Origin: Orbicella franksi
Taxonomy: Eukaryota
DNA length: 64,000 nt
Reading direction: 5' to 3'
Assembly: GCA_964199315.1 (NCBI GenBank)
Contig: OZ116703.1
Coordinates: 806,001-870,000 of the forward strand
The position numbers and the translations under genes are program-made. This document shows positions 26,501-38,589 of this stretch, piece after piece (within the stretch, counting starts at the first letter, position 1; every line of letters starts with the position of its first letter). The notes beneath the pieces were generated by a model. That model was not told the origin of the DNA, did not search any database, and saw nothing but the letters and a program-made list of their open reading frames with translations.

Positions 26501-28052
26501 TGTTGTTGCGATATGTTATAGATATAACGGTGGTTCAGCATTGTTCACTTTGACATAAATGAATCTTCCTTCTTCTACGCAAATATAATATGAACTTCCA
26601 ACTTCTAAGCTAAATTATAACATACCTCAACGTCTATCGGTGCCTGACAAACAGACAGATGTGATGTAGCGGGAAATTAACACAAGGCGGGAGTATACTT
26701 TTTTTCCGGTGGCTGATGTAACAAGTGCGCAATTGAAGTTATAAATTTAGAGCGGTTGGTGCAAAATTGATCTTCTACCTGTTAATCAGAATCGAAAACT
26801 TCGTAGAGTCAAGTCCTGCGCCACTTGCTTTTGGCAAGCGGTTTGTCACGGTAATTAGGTTGAAAAAAGCAACAACAACAGCGTTAATTTTGAGTCGAGT
26901 GGTTCTAAGTCCCGTTGTTATTGGGTTTCGGGTTACTTCTTTCGTTCACACTGTACTTTCCTCATAAGAGCCGCTATGTCAATAAGTGTTTCCATTTACA
27001 TGTAATGCGGACTGTCTTTTTAGCTTACTTTGAAATAATTCTTAACGTAGGTTTGTGTTGTTAATCGGTCAAATCAGACTAACTTAATAATCTTAAGGTG
27101 GAGGTTGAAGTCTCCCAAGCACTAAACGAATGAAGTGGCAATAAAGTCACAGTATTGATGCCGGATCAATTCTTTCAAGGAATAATTAGAAGAGAACAGA
27201 CATTCGATATACCCGGCCGGAATTTTCCAGTGTATTTCCTTTTCTGTTAAAAGTAAAATAGAGAATGGTGTCATCTGTCTGTATTCTTCTCTGACTCATT
27301 ACAAAATACCCGTCGACGGTAAAGAGAAAAGGAGTAAAGTGGGAAAGCAATAATGGAGGAGAAACACTGTTTCCCGGCTATGAAGTATTTGCCTTACAGG
27401 GACACACTTGTGCGTGGAAAGCACCTACACTGATCGACAATGGCAAAGCAGGTTGTGCAATCAGAAGAGATCACGGTTTTCGTGAAAGTGGCATCCAGTC
27501 CTTGGATTCTTATTCTAGCTCTTTTTATTCGGCGAGGAACTGGACTTTCAAAGTGGTTGCCAAGCAATATGTCCCGGCCCTAAACGCAGATAAGCTGCGC
27601 AGAAGGTGCGAAAAAGTCCTACGGGCTCGTATTTAGCCTAGTTTCTCGATCTTAGCTAATCTTTATTTATCTTTCTCGGTTATCAATTATTAACACAAAA
27701 ATAATAATAATAATCAGTAATAATAATACTTTGTTTATGTAGCACTGATTTCGTTTCTTAGCCGGCCTGCATGACCCTATTTCTCCCCCTTTTAATTCTA
27801 CTTTTTTATTAGAGGTAGGCATGTTAAACTGAAGCTACTCATCAAATAAGAATTAAATTCTATTACACACCTACTTGTAGAATTAATAAAAGTTTGTCCA
27901 TAATTTAGTTAAAGGAATTTTGAACGAAATCGTCTACAAAACACATCGTATTTTCCTTCTTTTACAAGAAACCAAGCATCTTCCGTTGTGGATACAATGC
28001 TCCAGTTTTCAAAAGTCAAAAAAAAAATTGGCTAATAGCTTATTACATTTAT

Positions 28053-29840
28053 CTATTGTCCTTGTTTTACAGGCAATAGCCCTATCTTTGTTTTAATTCT
28101 TTCGCTGTTAAGTTGGCGTTTGTTGTTGTTCTTGTCTCTGTTGTTGTATTTGCTGAGTTCCTTTTGCTGTTTTTCCACCATCCTTTTGTTTCCGAATCTG
28201 ACTTTCCTCACTTTCAAAACCAAGTTATCCAAGTTTGTTGTCATTCTGTTTCCATTCTTCAATTCCCCTATCATGTTACGTTTGTATGGTATGACAGGTT
28301 TGATGGCGTCCTCGTTGATTGTATTCAGCGGTATCTTAGGTCCCCTGGGTTGCGTTGTCAGCTGGGATGTGGGTTTCCCGCCAGGAATCAGACCGGAGAT
28401 CGCTTTTATTGCGTTCTCTCCAGCTTTTTTGAAAAATTCTATGATGTCTCTTGACTTTCGTTGTTGCGCTGAGGCTAGAAGAATAAAAAAATCATGAAAT
28501 AAGCTGCTAAAATAAGGGAATCAGAGCCCCCTCAAATTTTTGCAAATTTAGAGTGGTTCCAGACAGCTTCAGTATACGTCTTCAAGTTACGAAAAACTAT
28601 TTACCAATGTTTACCGCAATTTGGCAGTGAAAATGGGGACATCAACTTGTTTTCATTAATTGTCCATTAGTTTGAGGTTATATTGTAGAACTGACGATCA
28701 AAGAATATCATTATGAATCCATCAAAGTGCGAGATCATAGTGAAAAGTACTGAGGACTGTTATCAGTCATTCTATCGACATGAATAGGCGGCCATCATAC
28801 ACGATTACGATAAACCATTTTACAGTTGTGTGCTCAGTTACCTGGCCTATGAATGCAAGCGAGGCTGGAGGTAGCGCTGCTTTGATACAAATCTCTATGC
28901 TTTTCTTGTTAGCATTAGAACAATTTAATTTACACAACAAAAGCAGTGAGGTCTGTATCAAAACAAGGTCACCGCCAGCCTCACTGCCATTCAAAGGTCA
29001 AGTTACTGAGCAGACAACTGTAAATTAACAAAGTGACATCAGTTTTTAATGCGTCTGTCCTGTTATTGATCATGAATTTCGTCATAACATTGTCAAAGTA
29101 GTCTGCGGATCCACTCGGCTATCCACAACTACTTTGACAATGTTATGACGAAATTCATTGTCAATAACAGGACAGACGCATGAAAAACCGACGTCAATTT
29201 TTTTTTTACAATGACAAATGTTTCAAATTGTCCGCTCTCGCTCTTTGACGCATCGCATAAATAATAACTTCATGTGTCTGTCTGCATATTGACAATGAAA
29301 ATTAGCCAATGAGCGCGCAAGAATTTCTGCAGTTATCGTAAAATGGTTTATTGTAATTGTGTGTGAATCCTTCCTGGTCAAGAACTCCTACATAAGGACT
29401 ATATGCATGGCCAGACACCGCGTGACATGCGTATATCGACCCAATCAGGATCAAGCTTAAAGAACTAATTAGAAAACCGCGCCCTGCAACCTTTGATGAA
29501 TTAGCAGTTTACGAGTGTCACGTGTGAAAAACAAAATCACTCTATTGATTGTTTTGCAAGAAATAACAATGACTTCAAAGAGTCAAATTAGGAGATGAAA
29601 TTATTTTACGCTCAGCTTCATTGTCTTCTTGTCATGGCGAGCAGGTGTTACGGGTAACAACGACAAATGAACTGCCAAAGCTTCCAGGGCTCCCTTGTCA
29701 AAATATTATGAGTTCCAAAACAATTTGATGCGGTGTTTACCACGGCCCAAGCTACTAGACATAGCAAACAAAGAAAGAACAATTCTACCTTGAATATGTA
29801 GTTCCACTGACAGACCCATTAAGAGCAGAATCAGAAACAT
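28053..29840 (-). CDS. Gene F: orphan secreted ~157-aa basic precursor
   Basis: Exon 29789-29840 (MFLILLLMGLSVELHIQ, donor GTAGAA) splices in phase 1 to 28053-28474 (acceptor TTATTCTTCTAG; SAQQRKSRDIIEFFKKAG...KQGQ*). Confidence 0.62.
28819..29345. mobile_element. Two adjacent foldback/MITE-like elements in the gene F intron
   Basis: TTTACAGTTGTGTGCTCAG / CTGAGCAGACAACTGTAAA (28819-29024), then a long hairpin GCGTCTGTCCTGTTATTGA...TCAATAACAGGACAGACGC (~29050-29180). Confidence 0.6.
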
Positions 29841-31264
29841 AGCTGGCCACAAGAGGGAGAGGCTAGTAACAGGTCCAGCATGTGTTGTTCACTGTTGCAA
29901 GAATCGAAACACTTTGACTCATTGCGAGCAAATCTCTGCGCCTCCTTCAATTTCTTCAAAGGCCAAGCTAAGATTATCTCTTCTCAAAATAAACCATCTG
30001 GTAAAGTTCTTGAGTGTCGAGTGCAGTAAACATGTAAGGAAATAAGCTGCTTATTTACCTATTCACATGTAATGTGACGTCGACAGGTATAAATATTTGA
30101 CTACTGGCAAGTCACAACAGTTGTTTGCTAAGTTTAGCCAATTTAATTTTTTTTATTTAGTCCCTAAAGGGTACATAACATTGCGAGAGTTTTATAAGTT
30201 AAATTAGACATTAAATTCGAAAACTGTAATGTGACGTTAGAGAAACGAAGACTTAGAGCGGAGTGCAGATGACTTCTGGAGGTTTAAACAAACAAAATTC
30301 GAGATGAAGACCTTTTTAACCTGTCATTCGCCAACAAGAAAATGATACATGTCATGATCCCATATTGCACCGCTTGGCTGTCACTGAGACGTGCAGGATA
30401 TGAAGAGGCTAGCTACGATAGTAATCACTTCCTTGTTTTGTGTTAATGTCTGTCACAGGTTAGCAGCTGTAAGTAGGTTTTTGCTCTGATCTATTACGCA
30501 TATCTGGGTTATGGGTGTTCCACAATAATGGGAACAGAAGATCGTCAGATAGGGACTAATCTTCTGGTGTCCGGAATTGATCTATCTCAAACTCCCAACT
30601 TCCAAAATTTTTAAATCCATTTTAACCTCAGAAGAATCCCGAAAAACAGAGAGAAACTTTTAATTTTGCGATAAAATAGCTTTTATTACATAATCAGCTG
30701 CACGTTACTAATTATGGCTCATGCTTCTGTGGCGGATTACATAACTTTTTGCATGTTTTGATAGGGTTATAGTTTCTCGAAGAGTTAAAAAATAGATACT
30801 TACAATAAGCGATGATATAATTCATTGCATTGCAACTGAAGACTAGCTCGCCCGCAAAGGCTTGCAAGCATGCTGGCATATTAAATATAGAATGTAGATG
30901 AATACTCTTTGTGAAGTAAAATGTCCATACGTTACTATACTGGGTGTAGTGGGTCTGTAATCTTAGATTGCGCAGGCGCCTCCCGTCTGTCAGTTCTAGT
31001 CAGCCATTTAGCGAAAAATTTCAACGACAGTTGTAGTTGCAGTGACTCAAGATGAAAATTTTCACGCCAAAAAAACCCGCGTTTTCTGCGTTTGACGCTA
31101 GGTCCCGGCTGTCCTTCTCTGACAACAGGACCATGTCATTGCGTCTTGAATCAGCCCGAGCTATTGTTCGCCACTTTGGATCAACTCAAATCGGTTCGGC
31201 TGGCCAGACCTGACAAATGGTATGCGCCTTCTATTGCAAGTTTGAAGAATACTGTCAATTAAAG

Positions 31265-33944
31265 CTAAAACAGTTTGTTCAAAAACTGCTCCACTGCTCC
31301 TTCGGTGTGCTCTGAAGTCATCTTCTCAACATCACTTGGTTTAATCCCGAATTTCGCTCCAATAGCTTTGGCAAGAGACGCTGCCTTCTTCAGGGAAGAG
31401 TTGACCTCGTCAAACACCTGTCGAAGCCTGTTCTGAGTTTCACAATGAGCGAGTAGTGCTTGGGCCACTTTGAACTTTAATGTGTTAGTTTTCTGGATCT
31501 TTTCCTTTAAAATGTCAATCTTGCTCGCCTCAGGACTTTGCTGTTTGACCTGAGAACCTTTCTCTTGTTTTACCTCAGGCTTCTGAGGAGCATGCGCTGT
31601 TCTGACCACGTGATGTTCTGTGACCGCTAGAGCTTTCAAGATTTCTTTGGGTTTATCGTGTGCGACTGTTGAACTGTTTTGATTGATCACCTTCTTCGTT
31701 ACGTTAGGAGACATTGCTTTCAGTTGGAGTGACTCTGTATGTACTTGAGGTTTTTCTTTGGTTATCTTGATTTCATGTGTGGGCAGATCTTTATTTTCAG
31801 CTGTTTGAAGCTTTGCTGTTTTTATGGTTTCCACACTAGCGGGGCTTTTCAAGTGACTGGCGTTAACTTGCACACCTTGCGCTGGCTTATCTTTCGTATT
31901 TAAAGCTTTTTCTTTTGAGGCCTTAGTCAGCGCTGCTTGTTCAGCAGCTGCTGGTTTCAAACTAACTTTCTTTTCTGCTTCTTTTTTTGACAAGTCTTGA
32001 ACAGGAGATTTTGGGTTCTCAATAGCCTTTTTCGGAGAAGTAACGTCTTTAATATGAGGCGCGTCTTTCGACGTTTCCGCACTCTTTCCAGCATCGTTCT
32101 TCTTGATCTTATCTTCCACTTTAACAATATCTTTACTCTTTATCTTCTTTGGTAGATTCTTATGCGTGTCTTTCTGAGGTGTTGCATGCTGTTCTATTGC
32201 TGTCTTGTGACTTTGCCCCTTCTTGAAGTGAGCAGTCTCAATCTGCGTCTGTTTCGCATCATTCTTTGCTGCTTTCTGGCTCTTTAAGGAACTGTGCGGC
32301 GCTGATGGCTTTTGAGATTTCTCTGTAGTTTTATCTTTTACTATTTTCTCTGTTGCTTTATCCTTCCCTGTCATCTTTGTCGTTTCATCTTTGACCATTT
32401 TTTCTGCTTCTTTGTCTTTAACTACTTCATGCGACGAAACAGTTTGCTTGGAATTCTTTTGATGTGATTTAGCTTGTTTCTGCAACAGTCTAATTTTCTT
32501 TGGATGTGTGGAAGTTTTGGTTTTTTTGGGTGCAAGGTCCTTTAACACTTTTACAATCTTCTCATCTTTATGCGTCTTCACCTTCTCTTTAGCAATCTCT
32601 TTCTCAGCCTGTTTTCTTCGAATGTTGTCCATGACTTTCCAGTATTTGTCCAAACCTTTAAGATGGAAGTATTTACGCAAAACACTTTGAGGCATCTTCG
32701 AAAGTATTTCGAGAACACGCTTGTGCTTCTTTGTCAACTTTCTGCGAACCCCATGTTTCGCGTTCGAAGAACGCGGAAGATCTTTCCCTCCTGCTTCTTG
32801 TGGCTTGGCGATGTCAGATTTCTTGCTGCCTGTCTCGATGGTTGCCTGCTCGCTTCCAGCCATGAATTCCACAAGCGCTCTGTATGCTTTCTCGGGGACG
32901 CCAGTTTGTTCTTTGTGATCCTTTGCTCTGGCGTCACTTCCAATCAAGGCTTTGACCAGGTTTTCTTTACTTATCTCATCACTGTTTGCTTTACGCTTTG
33001 GTTTTTTATCCTGTTGCTTGGAAATTCGTTTAGCTTTCCAAGCTTTTGTCTTGTCTTGTACCTTTTTCTTTGTATTTCGTTTCTTGACATGTTTGTCTGC
33101 CTGTAACCCATGTTTCTTTGACAAATGATGTGACTCTTTACCCACCCGTACGTCTTTTCTCTTGATCTCAGGAGAATCCTTCTTTTTCTTGTGATTATCT
33201 TCATGTTTACCGGCATTTCTTCGGACGATTAATCGACCTATATCCGATACCAAGTTCGTATCCGTTCGCACATCTTCGTCGTCCTCATCGTCAGATCTTC
33301 GGGACCGGTGATGCGCTTGTTCGTCTTCCGTCACCGAAATTCCGCTCTCTTGAATCAGCCATTGGTTGATCTCGTTAGCGAGTATTTTCGATTCCCTTTC
33401 GGCTTGCTCTATAAGTTGTTCAAGTCTTCGCGTTGCATCAAGACTGCCTAGAAAATAAAAAATGCGTTGTTAAACACCTTTCAATGATTTGAAATATCAC
33501 CTGATTTTGGCTTATGTGACGTCTAGCACAGTATGGTGTTTGGGTCCCTCCTAAATTTCAAATACCAGCGTAATACTCAATTGGATGCTTTCTTTCCTCC
33601 ATCGCATTTACATCACGTGCACGTCACATGTTAACATCACGAGAGAAAGATTGTGAAAAGCACGGGAAAACAGCGCGCGAGCCTGGTGACGATTGGATTA
33701 ATTTTTTCCTTGGTCGATTCAAAATAAAGACAACAGGTTTGATTTGTAGACTGAACATGAAGCACGAGTTTGTAGATTGCGTTTATAGATTATCGATCCC
33801 GACAAACGCAAACCTAAAAACTATTTTCGATAGTGAACGTTAAAACAGTCTAAACTATTCATGCTTACCTTCAGTCAGTTGTAGAGCGGCTCCGACAAAC
33901 AAGACTAAGGTCAAGTGGAAAACTGAATTGTAGCTTGGCGTCAT
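31265..33944 (-). CDS. Gene D: orphan secreted ~752-aa lysine-rich protein with helical C-terminus
   Basis: Exon 33869-33944 (MTPSYNSVFHLTLVLFVGAALQLTE, donor GTAAGC) splices in phase 1 to exon 31265-33447, which contains the 689-aa ORF. RSRR furin-type site near the N-terminus. Confidence 0.82.
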
Positions 33945-36900
33945 GATCTTGCATGCTGCGATAACAAACAAACCAGAAAAGATAAACATGGCACTGATCG
34001 ATGGTTACTGTGGTCAGTAATAAATTCACCGCATGTTTACTCGCTATTCACCGCGTGTTATTTTGGGTTAGTAATTACCCCAGTTCTCAATTACGAGTCC
34101 TGCTTTAACTTGTGTGAGCTACAACGTAGATTGATCGATCACAAGTCCATAAAAACTATCCGATTTTTCGCCGATGTCATTACTTTCTATATGTGTGTAT
34201 ACTTTCACCGAAAGGTGACCTGCGATCAGGCGTTCTTTTGCTTTTTTTTCGGGGGAATAAAAGAACGCCTGCTCGCAAGCGGTAGTTACACCCCGTTGAA
34301 CTCTTCTGCGCAAGGTGAAATGTGAGGAAAGATGGGGAGGCTGGAGTTCCTATTCTCTTACTTGGCATCGTTACCCTTGCCGGTTAATGTCCTCTCTTAA
34401 CGTCATGAGCAATCCATTACCCAGTCCAAAGGGAACAAAATTGGCCACACCCACCATATTTAAAAATTTCAATATATACAAAATTGGCCGCACCCACCAT
34501 ATTTAAATATTTCAATGTATCAATTCTCTCTATGAATAAAAAAACTTATTAGACTGGAAATGTATAAGAAACTAACGCACCGATGTAGCAACATTTGATT
34601 TCTATCTATCAAGATGATAGATTGAATAAATATTATGAACACTGTTTACACTGGATAACGAAACTACTGTAACGGATTGTATCCAAATTTTGCTGGGTTT
34701 TTTAAGTATATAATATTTTGTTTTGGTTAGCTGCCACGATCGATAGCCAGTGCTGAAAATGTTAATCGATGTGCTTGAATGAAACGAAGAGAATATAATA
34801 ACTTCAATTCATAAGTAAATATTTAGTCATTAGGTTTTGTTAAGTGGGCGGTCAAGTATCCGCGCGGGGCGGAAAACACCCGTCGTAAGAGGTTTAACAC
34901 AGCTAAGTATTATTCTCAAAATACCTTTTGTAACAAGAAATCCAAACCATACCCATGCCCGCGCAACTAAATTAATGCCGTTCTCTGGTTAAACAAAAAC
35001 TCATGTTTTAGACTAGTTTAAGAATCGTAAATTACACAACCGAGGAACCGCGGGAGGCTCTCGATTTTAGACAACAAAAACTTCAACCAGCAAACTTTCA
35101 TAGTCACAGTCATCATAAATTTTCGTTAACACTAACTCTACATGGCAAGACACTTTGCGCAATGTGGTCCGGTGCGAGAAGTCCCATTTGAAAAAATTTC
35201 AAGCCTTGTACAACTGCTACATAAGCTTACCTCCGAGACCAGCCCTTCACTCTTTGTGCTATCACCTTTCGTACACGCACTTATGGAATAGACTTTTTCT
35301 TTCACATACCGGCAGAAATCGCAACCCCGGAACGACCCACTCTTCTACGAACAAAAGCCTTTCGATTTTTAGAGGGACTGCTGCAGTTATTGACGGAATT
35401 GTACACCAAATTTCAGGTGGAAAATCTCCTTGTTCTGCAAGATACAGTCAGGGTACCTGTTAAACGCGTGTTTAACTATTCATGTAGTCAGTGTGACATG
35501 TTTAGTGACCCGGGCTGTGTTTGTGTGTTCACTTGCCGATTGTGGATGTGATGTGTGTGTTCCATTGTTTGGTTGTGTCAAGGCCGGTCAAGGGCCCCAT
35601 TTATAGAAAACAAATGCATGCAGTTCAGCGATGATTAAGCACATTGAATGGACAAAACCTAAATTTCAATCAGGTTTTTTTTCACAATCAGGGTACTAAT
35701 AGAACGGACAGCTTTTCATAACTCGCTTGCTAACTCAGCGCATCACGTTCTTTGCAAACTAAACCCCTTATTTATTATGATTGTTATGTTGTGTTAGTGA
35801 CCGACCAGTTCCTCCCAGTTTCCTTTTTTTTTTATTTAGCTTTATCACTAATGTTCTGTGGATATAGGAAGTATAACCATCGTTTTAGACAGACAACGCC
35901 GTTAATGCTCTCGGTGTCTTTTTACGACTACTCAAATGGTTTTCCCTCACAAATCGAACTGGTGGAATAATTTGCAATATTTTCCAAGCAAACTCAGTGA
36001 ATTGTATCTGTTCAACACTTTTGTTAGTAAAGTTATCTTATGAAAACACTTGAATTTTAAGGAGAGTTTAATTTTAGTCAAAAGAAAATTTGCCTAATTT
36101 TATTTCCGTAATTTCCGTCATTGCTCGTGGTGTGAGTAGCCGAAGAGTAACAAGCGGGAAATCTGGTCGCGTTAAACTGGGGTTGAGTCGTAAGGGTTTT
36201 TCTTAGGTGTCCGCCGTACGAGGGTGGTTGCTTATTACTTTCAAATATATTTAGCTGAGTACAAACCAAAGCATTCTCAACTCAAATTAAATTAAACTTG
36301 ATATTACGAGTGCTAATAATGGGATTGGAGACATTGCAAATGTAACTTGTTATAATGGGTTATTTTTACAAATTCACCTTCATGGGAGGGGGGGAGGAAT
36401 TTTTTCAACAGGAGCTGCCCACTGTAACGTTAAACGTTGAACGTGACGCTAAGACGCATGCAATTTAAGTGAATACTGATTACCATTTCCACATTCGCTT
36501 TCAGATGAGGAGAGTTACTCTCGGAGCCCCTTCCTAGTTAACTATTGAAGCTAGTAGTCGTAGTAATGGGGTCAGTGACAGTAAAAAGTAACATTCCTAA
36601 ACACAAGATATCTATTTCTCTCCACAGGTCTCTGCTCCAGTAAACCGTCTTTAAAACCGAGAGTAGGTTAACTGAATAAGATATATAGTTTAGCCCGAAA
36701 TGTTACGGAGTTGTCTGCTTCTATGTTTCTCCACCCACTTTGAATGATTATTGTGGGGAAAAGGAAGTCAACTGACATATCAGCCTGTGCCGGAAGATTA
36801 ACAATAACCATGCAATCATGTTTAATATAACTTTCAACGTCATGTTATAACAGTCCACATTAACGTAATGTAAAAATAGATTTTGAAGCGTTTCATTGAC

Positions 36901-36968
36901 GATTGTCTCCTAGTAATCTTCTCCTGACTTAGTTTTTTTCTCTTGCAATTGGGGAAAACTTCGCCAAT

Positions 36969-38225
36969 TTACTTCTTAAAATGTACGTAATCGAGCCCCA
37001 TGTGTTCACCAGCATGTACCAAGGCGACTTCTGCTTTCCGTATAACATCTTTGACGTTATTACTACCAGTTCGTGCTTTCTTTCTCAGCTTGGCAACCTT
37101 ATCAGCCAGCGCGACATATTGCTTAGCAATTTTCAGCTTCTTTCGCGCCTTGTTCAATTTCCACTTTATTTCTTCCACTTTCGTTTTAAATTTCGGGACT
37201 TTCTCTAGCAACACGGCGGATGTCGACTCTATCTCTTTCCCAGGTTCCGCACCAGAGGCCTCGGCCTGTTGAAGCTCTGTGAGAAGTGAGCGATTGCTGT
37301 CACGTGGTTCGGGCTTTTTCTCTGAAAAGTTAAAAAGTAAATCAGAGATGGCTTAGCTAAATTACTTTCTTTCAAAATTTATTTAGGTCATTTTGCATGG
37401 CAAGGAAAATGTTCAAGCCACATGCTAGTCGATGCAAGCTGGTGAGAGGAGGCCATGCAGGAGCCAATGGCTGTTGCAAATTCTTGCAGTCCCTCGCGGA
37501 CTTCCGATCTAAATGTCCGCGTTGAAGGTTTTCAGGTAAATCTGTTGCGTCATGCTACTTAGCAACACTACTACTGAACACTGCGGGCTCGCATCAAATT
37601 CTGACAAGATTCTTTCCGAAATAAGAACTTAGCGTTTTCCTGGGGAATACAAACTCAGTTTTATGATAGCTATAGCTCCCTCTCGATCACTTTCCCACAT
37701 GGAGTTGTTAATCTTAAATTTGGACAGGGAGACTAACATTTGTCGCAAACGGGTCTGATTCAATGTCAATCCTTCTTTTTAAGAAAGCAAGTTGAGATTG
37801 AAGAAAAGTCGACAACGACAGGTGTTACATTGAAGCGGCCGTCGACAACCAGTTCTGCTGGATTCAGTCATTAAACCAAGACAGAACGTTCGGGTTATAA
37901 TATCGCCTTTGTTTGTCGTGGAAAAAAGTTCTGGGAAAACTTAAGTAAATTTCAAATCGATGTTTAGAAAAATCCCTCACTAGATCGCACTTTTCTCCAC
38001 TTGATCTATCACTTGAGAGTCATAAACACAGTAGACATTATATAGGTTACTAACAAAAGCCGAAATGTGTTCAGTCATTGGATAACAAAAGGAAACTAAA
38101 GCAACAAATCAACGGGTCGTAACATGAAAGCGCGCTCTGGTTTCACTCCTACCTTCCTTCTTTGCGGGTAATGCCGCTATCACTACTCCGAGGAAAATTA
38201 GAACTACTAGGCTGTCCAACCTCAT
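36969..38225 (-). CDS. Gene E: orphan secreted ~141-aa precursor (signal, acidic pro-region, very cationic helix)
   Basis: Exon 38153-38225 (MRLDSLVVLIFLGVVIAALPAKKE, donor GTAGGA) splices in phase 1 to 36969-37321 (acceptor TTAACTTTTCAG). Confidence 0.72.
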
Positions 38226-38589
38226 CGCGGCCGTGCCAAGACCCTCAGTGCTGTAACCTGGTTATTTTTAACTGAGCAGTGATCAGAGTTATCATAGAAA
38301 TCAAAGCCAAGAACATATACCTGTGAGATCTAATGGAGTGTGCGCAGTTGTTAAATCTTTAATATAAAGAATGAGATCCATTTAGTTTTCACAAGGAAGG
38401 CAGCAATCACCGTCAGTCGCTCAGTGACGGAGAGACAAAATCGAATCGTCTGTTATATCAGGAAAGCCAAAGAAACTGTTTTATTTCCGACTAACGATTG
38501 AACAGTCAGTCTCGTTTCCATACGGTCGAGTTTTTTTGTTTTGTTTTCGAAAGCCAGCAAATTCTTAACGAGTGGAATAAATTAAACTA

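Noticed and set aside
26767-26967. ORF containing LAFGKR, resembling an amidated neuropeptide site
   Set aside because: Single occurrence, no ATG start or signal peptide, and no repeated peptide.
29596-29654. Plus-strand signal-peptide-like MKLFYAQLHCLLVMASRCYG
   Set aside because: Lies antisense within the gene F intron, has a weak donor and an immediate stop, and no downstream exon was found.
35231-35437. Minus-strand AG/GT-bounded segments between genes D and E
   Set aside because: Read-through hits a stop, the implied intron is too short, and no start or end exon was found.
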